From Klebsiella phage EI, in sequence record MN106245.1: a stretch of 64,000 bases of DNA; one strand, 5' to 3'. The stretch's first letter is position 1. Each line of letters starts with the position of its first letter. Below are positions 58,882 to 64,000 of the stretch, piece after piece. The notes below the pieces were generated by a model. That model had not been told where the DNA came from, did no database searches, and saw only the letters and a list, made by a program, of their open reading frames with translations. A program made the translations under genes and the position numbers.

Positions 58882-60242
58882 TTGATTTCCTCGAGGTCTT
58901 TAAGATATTCAGTTTGAACATCAGTCTGTTTCCAATATTCATGTTCATCACGCTTAGTACGAGCTTCTTCGGCCAGCTTCTTGGCTTCATCACTAGTAAT
59001 ATGATAAATGTTCATGCTTACAAGTTTTTCAGCATAATCTGCTAGTTCGTCGAATTCTTTAACTTCTTCGACCAGTTTGGCTCTGGTCTTACCGGCAATA
59101 GTGATATCACCGTCAATAACCTTCTTAATGAACTTGGCTTTAGCTAAGGCCAGTTTGAAAGCCTCTTCGGTTTCGCAGATTTTAAGGTCGATACGTTTCT
59201 GAACGAAAACCTTACGAACTTCTACAAAGTCACGAATCAAATCGGCAGCGCATTTGTATTCTTTCAACTTACCGGCATGATTGATAACTGTGATGTTCTG
59301 AGAACGACGTTCGATTAATTTGAAGTCCTTCATGATTTTTTCATGTCGTTCTTCTTCAGTTTCACCTAAGTTGTATTCCTTACGGAATTTAACTTTAAAC
59401 CCAAAACCGTGCTTGCCACAGTCATCATCGTATGTAATGAACCCTTTATCTTCTAAAGCATCGAGGATTTTAACATAAGATGCACGATCATACTTATACG
59501 GAATCTCAGAGATGTACATTACATTACGAGATTTCATTTCGTATATTCCGTGAAGTTCAAATGCGCCGTCAACAGGAATTATCTTTCCTTTAAACTGTGG
59601 AAAGCTTACCTTCGGCTCAGAAATCTTCTTACCTTCGAGAGCTTGGATAACACTTTTCTTAACAGAAGAAATGCTATGAGGCAGAATATCAGTAGCATAA
59701 CCAGTCGCAATACCGGAAATACCATTAAGAAGAACAGTAGGAATAATAGGCAGATAATAAGCCACCGGGACATGCTCATCGTCTTTATGGGCTGGGGCAT
59801 ATTCTGTATCCTTGTACAGTTTGTAGAAATTTTCTGAAATACGTGCAAAGATATAACGAGATGCGCCAGCTTCTTGAACCAACCGAGAACCAAAGTTACC
59901 TTGGCCATCTAAGAATGGGACATTGTTATTCCAGTCGTTAGCCATCAGTGCGCCAGTTTCTTGTGCAGAACCTTCACCATGGTGGTATCCAAGGTCAGCT
60001 ACACCGCCTGCAATAGAGGCCAGTTTATGGAATTTGTTTTTATCACTCTTACCAAGCATCAAAGTGCGAGCAATAACAAAGCGTTGAACCGGCTTAAAGC
60101 CATCAATCATATTTGGAATTGCACGACTCTCTACAGTATACATGGCATACGCAAGAGCTTCGTTATTAATTATACTTTCTAAGCTACGAACATTAAAAGT
60201 ATCACTAGCTTGTTTTGTCATCATATCAAAAATATCAGACAT
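58878..60242 (-). CDS. 52: DNA topoisomerase II medium subunit gp52
   Basis: Trimmed to MSDIFDMM.... Collinear with T4 gp52 (NEALAYAMYTVE.RAIPNMIDGFKPVQRFVIAR, active-site region, ..KDLEEIK end). Confidence 0.9.
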   Translation of the reverse strand: MSDIFDMMTKQASDTFNVRSLESIINNEALAYAMYTVESRAIPNMIDGFKPVQRFVIARTLMLGKSDKNKFHKLASIAGGVADLGYHHGEGSAQETGALMANDWNNNVPFLDGQGNFGSRLVQEAGASRYIFARISENFYKLYKDTEYAPAHKDDEHVPVAYYLPIIPTVLLNGISGIATGYATDILPHSISSVKKSVIQALEGKKISEPKVSFPQFKGKIIPVDGAFELHGIYEMKSRNVMYISEIPYKYDRASYVKILDALEDKGFITYDDDCGKHGFGFKVKFRKEYNLGETEEERHEKIMKDFKLIERRSQNITVINHAGKLKEYKCAADLIRDFVEVRKVFVQKRIDLKICETEEAFKLALAKAKFIKKVIDGDITIAGKTRAKLVEEVKEFDELADYAEKLVSMNIYHITSDEAKKLAEEARTKRDEHEYWKQTDVQTEYLKDLEEIK

Positions 60243-60247
60243 AGTAC

Positions 60248-60388
60248 CTACCAAATAAATGAACCGAGATGCACTATAACATCAGAAATGAAAAGCACAA
60301 TATAAACTACTCCATATATCATACCATAGTACATCGCTAAAGCAAGAATAGCCATCACAAGGATGGCTAAGAAAATTTTCTTAATCAT
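60248..60388 (-). CDS. Small hydrophobic peptide (46 aa; ac/52.1-like)
   Basis: MIKKIFLAILVMAILALAMYYGMIYGVVYIVLFISDVIVHLGSFIW, read by eye. Confidence 0.35.
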   Translation of the reverse strand: MIKKIFLAILVMAILALAMYYGMIYGVVYIVLFISDVIVHLGSFIW

Positions 60389-60563
60389 TGGCGGTGCAGG
60401 CCTTTAAAAAGTCAATTACCGCAGCTAAAACAAACCAACAGACCATGAACCCAACTTGAGCCGATGTAGGAACCCAGGCACCAGCAAAGAACATAGTACA
60501 CAGAACGATACAAATAATCATCCAGAAGAAAGCGTATATCCGATTCACTTGTATACCCCACAC
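60381..60563 (-). CDS. Small membrane protein
   Basis: 60 aa with two hydrophobic helices. Confidence 0.4.
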   Translation of the reverse strand: MWGIQVNRIYAFFWMIICIVLCTMFFAGAWVPTSAQVGFMVCWFVLAAVIDFLKACTAND

Positions 60564-60730
60564 ATTTTAGAAATTCTTTCGAAACAAATAAAGCCTACAG
60601 AGAACAACATCAGCGATATAAGTTTGCTTGTAACGGGAAGACCCAAGGTAACATAAGTCCCAGCGCAAATCATCAATGCTAGGACTAACAAGTAGCCCAT
60701 AGCAAAGAGCATTTTCATAAAACTACTCAT
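60545..60730 (-). CDS. Small membrane protein
   Basis: 61 aa, hydrophobic. Confidence 0.4.
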   Translation of the reverse strand: MSSFMKMLFAMGYLLVLALMICAGTYVTLGLPVTSKLISLMLFSVGFICFERISKMCGVYK

Positions 60731-61188
60731 TAGTAGCTCTGAAGAATGAATTTGAAGTTGTCATTCAGAATACGATTCAGCTCAGACAAAGTCTGCATTT
60801 CAGAACTGTGCTGACGTGTGAATGCCATGGCCAGTTGACCTTTCTTGAAGCCAGTAGTCAAAGGTTTCATTTTAGATTGTGGGAGATACAAAACTTCATA
60901 AACAATATTATTGCTAGCCATAGTACGAGCCAGCTGGCTACGACCTTGACGAATATGGGACACCGTAGCATTAAAACCTTGTGCAGAACGTTGGTTGCCT
61001 ACAAAGAACCGTGCTCCTACTGTACGATTTTCACCGGCGCCTTTAACCATAAAGTAGAAACCTGGTTGAGCCAGAACTTCAGGCATAACGAAGCCGACAG
61101 TATGGCCGTTTTTAACGTGGGCCACAGTTACAGCACCAGCTTTAGTCAGATCGCCACGGGTCATGTAGTTGCGGGTATCAATAGTCAT
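60730..61188 (-). CDS. ndd: Nucleoid disruption protein Ndd
   Basis: 152 aa, matching T4 Ndd ([60 protein letters not shown]). Confidence 0.8.
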   Translation of the reverse strand: MTIDTRNYMTRGDLTKAGAVTVAHVKNGHTVGFVMPEVLAQPGFYFMVKGAGENRTVGARFFVGNQRSAQGFNATVSHIRQGRSQLARTMASNNIVYEVLYLPQSKMKPLTTGFKKGQLAMAFTRQHSSEMQTLSELNRILNDNFKFILQSY

Positions 61189-61499
61189 AACAATTTCCTC
61201 AATAAAGTTTAAGTTTTATCCTCTATGGGAGCTAGGCTCCCAGATGTTATGGCTTAAAGAACCATAACATAGTATCAGACCATCCGAGCCAATATGGCAC
61301 ATTACACCCAATAATAAAAGCCGCTGCGTTAATCCAGCCTAATACTGCGTTCATAATAATTTCCTCAGAACAAGTGTCTTAAATTTATGATAATCACGTC
61401 GATAAAGAACACTACAGGCATTATCATCAGTACGATAGCTAAAACGATAAAGTTGAAAATGTTCTTAAGCATGATTTCCTCCATTTTGTCTGTAGGAAC

Positions 61500-61529
61500 A
61501 TAGTATCATGACCTACAGACGTTGTAAAC
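61500..61529 (-). promoter_or_regulatory. T4-type early promoter
   Basis: GTTTACaacgtctgtaggtcatgaTACTATgttcctacagacaaaatgg on the minus strand. Confidence 0.5.
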
Positions 61530-61531
61530 AC

Positions 61532-61771
61532 TTAGAGGTGAATTTCTTTCACAATGATTTCACCACGTTTAATCTCTTCATCTGTTTTAGGACTAGTGAG
61601 ATATCCAGAACGTCCTGAAAGAGCTCGCATAGCATCGTGCTCAGAGCGCGTCATAAACACTTGGTCATCGTCATAGTCAAGATAGTGGTCCACATGTCCT
61701 TCAAATGTTCCGGTATGCCAAGTAGTTAGCCACTCATTTCTTACAGTATTAAACAACCCAAACCGTTTCAT
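61532..61771 (-). CDS. Hypothetical protein (ndd.x-like)
   Basis: 79-aa ORF. Confidence 0.4.
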   Translation of the reverse strand: MKRFGLFNTVRNEWLTTWHTGTFEGHVDHYLDYDDDQVFMTRSEHDAMRALSGRSGYLTSPKTDEEIKRGEIIVKEIHL

Positions 61772-61983
61772 TTAGACATTTCCTCGATTTGATGACGATA
61801 CCCATCACGGACTTCACGAAGAGCTTCAACACCGCACGCCGGAGCAATTCCAGATACGGCAGCTGAATTCAATTGAGCTTCTACATCAAGAAGTTGATAG
61901 TAAACATACTCACGCTCAGCTGAACAACCATATTTTGCTTTTCCGAAACGTTGATTTAAAGATTTCATTTTAGTACTCCTCAT
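61768..61983 (-). CDS. Hypothetical protein
   Basis: 71-aa ORF directly downstream of an early promoter. Confidence 0.4.
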   Translation of the reverse strand: MRSTKMKSLNQRFGKAKYGCSAEREYVYYQLLDVEAQLNSAAVSGIAPACGVEALREVRDGYRHQIEEMSK

Positions 61984-61998
61984 TGTTGGTGTAGGAGT

Positions 61999-62028
61999 AC
62001 TATACCACAGTCTAATCAGTATGTAAAC
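61999..62028 (-). promoter_or_regulatory. T4-type early promoter
   Basis: GTTTACatactgattagactgtggTATAGTactcctacaccaacaatgagg on the minus strand. Confidence 0.55.
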
Positions 62029-62663
62029 CTTTTAAACTGGTATTCTTCTTCAGAGCAAGAGCGTAAGTACCAACCACCGTTTTCATACTTGCTTTCTTGA
62101 ACTAAACCAGACCCAGGCAGAAAGGCAGTTTGGTCGCCCATCATACGAGGGATAAACCTGTAGACGCCTGGGCCCACTTCTTCTACATCTAATATGATTA
62201 TTAAGTCAGATAATCGATACGTCAGGAACCCATCTAGGTCAATCCCTGACCCATAAGGGTAGGGATGTCTTCCTTTAGTGTGGACCGAAATCCATCGAGA
62301 ATCAGACTGGTGGGTCTTGACCTCGATGCGCACGCCTTCTTCAGAGATAACATCGAAGGAGTAACTGAATGGATTGGCTTTGTTAAACTCTGTATCCATT
62401 ACTCGGCCATTAGTACACTGAGCAATCAGTTGCTCGCCTAATGTTGCTATTACACATCGCTTTAAAGCAGAGCGTTGTTCTTGAGAGTTATCTAAGGACA
62501 TCGAGTGTTCTGATTCTTTCAAGGCCTTAATTTTGTTTTCTCTACTAAGATTTTCAACCGTTAAATTAACCGGCTTCAGATTCAGTAGTTGTTTCCAAGT
62601 CAAGCTCATCGATACCATATAAACCTCTGATGTGTAATTCACCATAATAAATCCTATCGTCAA
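62016..62663 (-). CDS. Hypothetical protein, DenB (endonuclease IV) candidate by position only
   Basis: 215-aa ORF between ndd and rIIB, where T4 has denB. I recognise no diagnostic motif, and the 5' end overlaps its upstream neighbour. Confidence 0.3.
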   Translation of the reverse strand: MTIGFIMVNYTSEVYMVSMSLTWKQLLNLKPVNLTVENLSRENKIKALKESEHSMSLDNSQEQRSALKRCVIATLGEQLIAQCTNGRVMDTEFNKANPFSYSFDVISEEGVRIEVKTHQSDSRWISVHTKGRHPYPYGSGIDLDGFLTYRLSDLIIILDVEEVGPGVYRFIPRMMGDQTAFLPGSGLVQESKYENGGWYLRSCSEEEYQFKRFTY

Positions 62664-62850
62664 ATTCTAGGGTACTAGAACCGACTAAAGGAAACTCACC
62701 TTCAACAACCTCATCACATTCAAGCCAGCCGTAATGAACGTCACCCGGGTGCTTGACCAATTTCAGACAATAGACTGTAGCTGCCTTATGATTTCCACGA
62801 AGATTTGAGACTGCGATTTTACGATCGCCGGCATTGAATGGATTAATCAT
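62566..62850 (-). CDS. Hypothetical acidic protein
   Basis: 94-aa ORF. Confidence 0.35.
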   Translation of the reverse strand: MINPFNAGDRKIAVSNLRGNHKAATVYCLKLVKHPGDVHYGWLECDEVVEGEFPLVGSSTLEFDDRIYYGELHIRGLYGIDELDLETTTESEAG

Positions 62851-63041
62851 TAAAACCTCTGAATACGTTTTTCCAGAATGTGTCGGTACGCAGACATTGT
62901 ATCAAGCTGTCTAAGAAGCAAACTTTGGTCTACAGGATCAAGCGATTTGAATACACTGCCGATAGTGAATGCAGTCAGAGCATTAATTTTCAGATTCAGT
63001 TCAGATAATTCATCAACAACACGAGATTGGAAGCCAGTCAT
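62850..63041 (-). CDS. Hypothetical small protein
   Basis: 63-aa ORF immediately downstream of rIIB. Confidence 0.35.
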   Translation of the reverse strand: MTGFQSRVVDELSELNLKINALTAFTIGSVFKSLDPVDQSLLLRQLDTMSAYRHILEKRIQRF

Positions 63042-63059
63042 AAGTCACCTTATAAGAAA

Positions 63060-63075
63060 GGGGACCGAAGTCCCC
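63060..63075 (-). terminator. C(UUCG)G tetraloop hairpin after rIIB
   Basis: GGGGACcgaaGTCCCC; the minus strand reads GGGGAC-UUCG-GUCCCC. Confidence 0.6.
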
Positions 63076-63081
63076 GTTTAA

Positions 63082-63987
63082 TTAACCACGCAGTTCGTTG
63101 TTCCAACGAGCAGTTACGTCTTCAAGGACTTTATAGCCACAGGTACGCATTTTAGCATCGTTGTAATCAACAGGAATACTTACTACATCACGAGGATGTA
63201 CTTTAACCGAAACGATACGGTCTGAACCACTACCGAAGTGTCGGATATAAGATTTAGAGCAAACGTGCAGACCAGTAGAGCAGGTGCGTTCGTCGTCTTC
63301 ATCAACCTGGTTACGAGGCATGGTAACTTCTTTACCAGGACTGTTATCAAACTTACCAGATGCACAGTCAAAGTAGTTAGAACGAACCACCTTCCAACCG
63401 ATAAAGTGACCATCGTCAGTAATTTCGATGTCGTTTGCATTCAGGAAGTCAAACAGACGATAAACAGCTTTACGGCTCGGGTTCAGCATCAGGTTTTCCA
63501 GGAACGGCAGATAACGTTCGAAGTCTTCACCATTTTCCATCGCTGAAATAATACGTTCAGTCAGACCAGATTTCAGTTCAATGTCCTTATAATACAGAGC
63601 ACCATCTTCGATACGGACGTTGCCTTTAACAAATTTAGCAATACCGCGTTCGATGTTGATATGGTCGATGGCTTCTTCAATTTTGCCTTCAGCCAGTTTC
63701 ATCAGGGCCGATTTAAACCCTGGATGACTTGGGTCTGCGTTATAAGTGGTACGCCCTTCAGTGATAGAAATGAACTTGCTTGAGGCAGCCCACTGGAATT
63801 CACGAGGAGCCGGAGCTTTTACTTTAGCCGGTTCATTTGGAGAAATAGTACGTTCTTTAAAGACACGGCGAATGGTATCAGTCGAAACACCATAAATTTC
63901 AGCCAGTTCTTTTTTATTGTAAAGGCCGCCGTTAAAACCTTTTACGATTGCATCTTTTTCATTCTCGGACAGACATAATACAGCCAT
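63082..63987 (-). CDS. rIIB: rIIB protein
   Basis: Collinear with T4 rIIB (SENEKDAIVK...ELAEIYGVSTDTIRRV, KFISIT, IERGIAKFVKGNVRIEDGALYYKDIELKSGL, LMLNPSRKAVYRLFDFL.ANDIEIT.DG.F..WKVVRSNYFDC, VHPRDVVSIPVDYNDAKMRTC). Confidence 0.85.
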   Translation of the reverse strand: MAVLCLSENEKDAIVKGFNGGLYNKKELAEIYGVSTDTIRRVFKERTISPNEPAKVKAPAPREFQWAASSKFISITEGRTTYNADPSHPGFKSALMKLAEGKIEEAIDHINIERGIAKFVKGNVRIEDGALYYKDIELKSGLTERIISAMENGEDFERYLPFLENLMLNPSRKAVYRLFDFLNANDIEITDDGHFIGWKVVRSNYFDCASGKFDNSPGKEVTMPRNQVDEDDERTCSTGLHVCSKSYIRHFGSGSDRIVSVKVHPRDVVSIPVDYNDAKMRTCGYKVLEDVTARWNNELRG

Positions 63988-64000
63988 TATTCACCTCTAT

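Overview
This window is a T4-like (Tevenvirinae) myovirus segment that matches phage T4 gene for gene. The order is the 3' part of gene 24, then rnlB, hoc, inh, uvsW/uvsW.1, uvsY, the baseplate genes 25-26-51-27-28-29-48-54, alt, DNA ligase 30, the 30.x ORFs, rIII, 31, cd, pseT, the spanin pair pseT.3/pseT.2, alc, rnlA, denA, nrdB (split by a group I intron), nrdA, td (split by a group I intron), frd, 32, 59, 33, dsbA, rnh, the tail-fibre genes 34-35-36-37 with a gp38-like chaperone, holin t, asiA, motA, topoisomerase 52, ndd and rIIB. Most genes sit on the minus strand and are dense with translationally coupled ATGA/TAATG overlaps. T4-type signals are readable throughout: GTTTAC-N17/18-TATAAT-like early promoters, TATAAATA late promoters (two of them bidirectional palindromes), and C(UUCG)G tetraloop hairpins. 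Several features depart from the T4 plan. A host-like, Tyr-type DAHP synthase (aroF/aroG-like, first shikimate enzyme) lies between cd and pseT. It is flanked by two broken homing-endonuclease genes. One is an HNH gene whose NUMOD3/zinc-finger tail sits in the -1 frame downstream of an in-phase AAA-AAG slippery hexamer. The other is a frameshifted GIY-YIG seg-like gene. A SLOG/DprA-like Rossmann protein is inserted between gene 24 and rnlB. A ~360-nt GC-rich non-coding block lies next to rIII. The td intron is ORF-less (315 nt), and the nrdB intron carries an I-TevIII-like HNH ORF with an in-frame TGA at codon 4. I found no tRNA genes or CRISPR arrays. All calls rest on reading the translations and motifs by eye against remembered T4 protein sequences. 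No searches were run.
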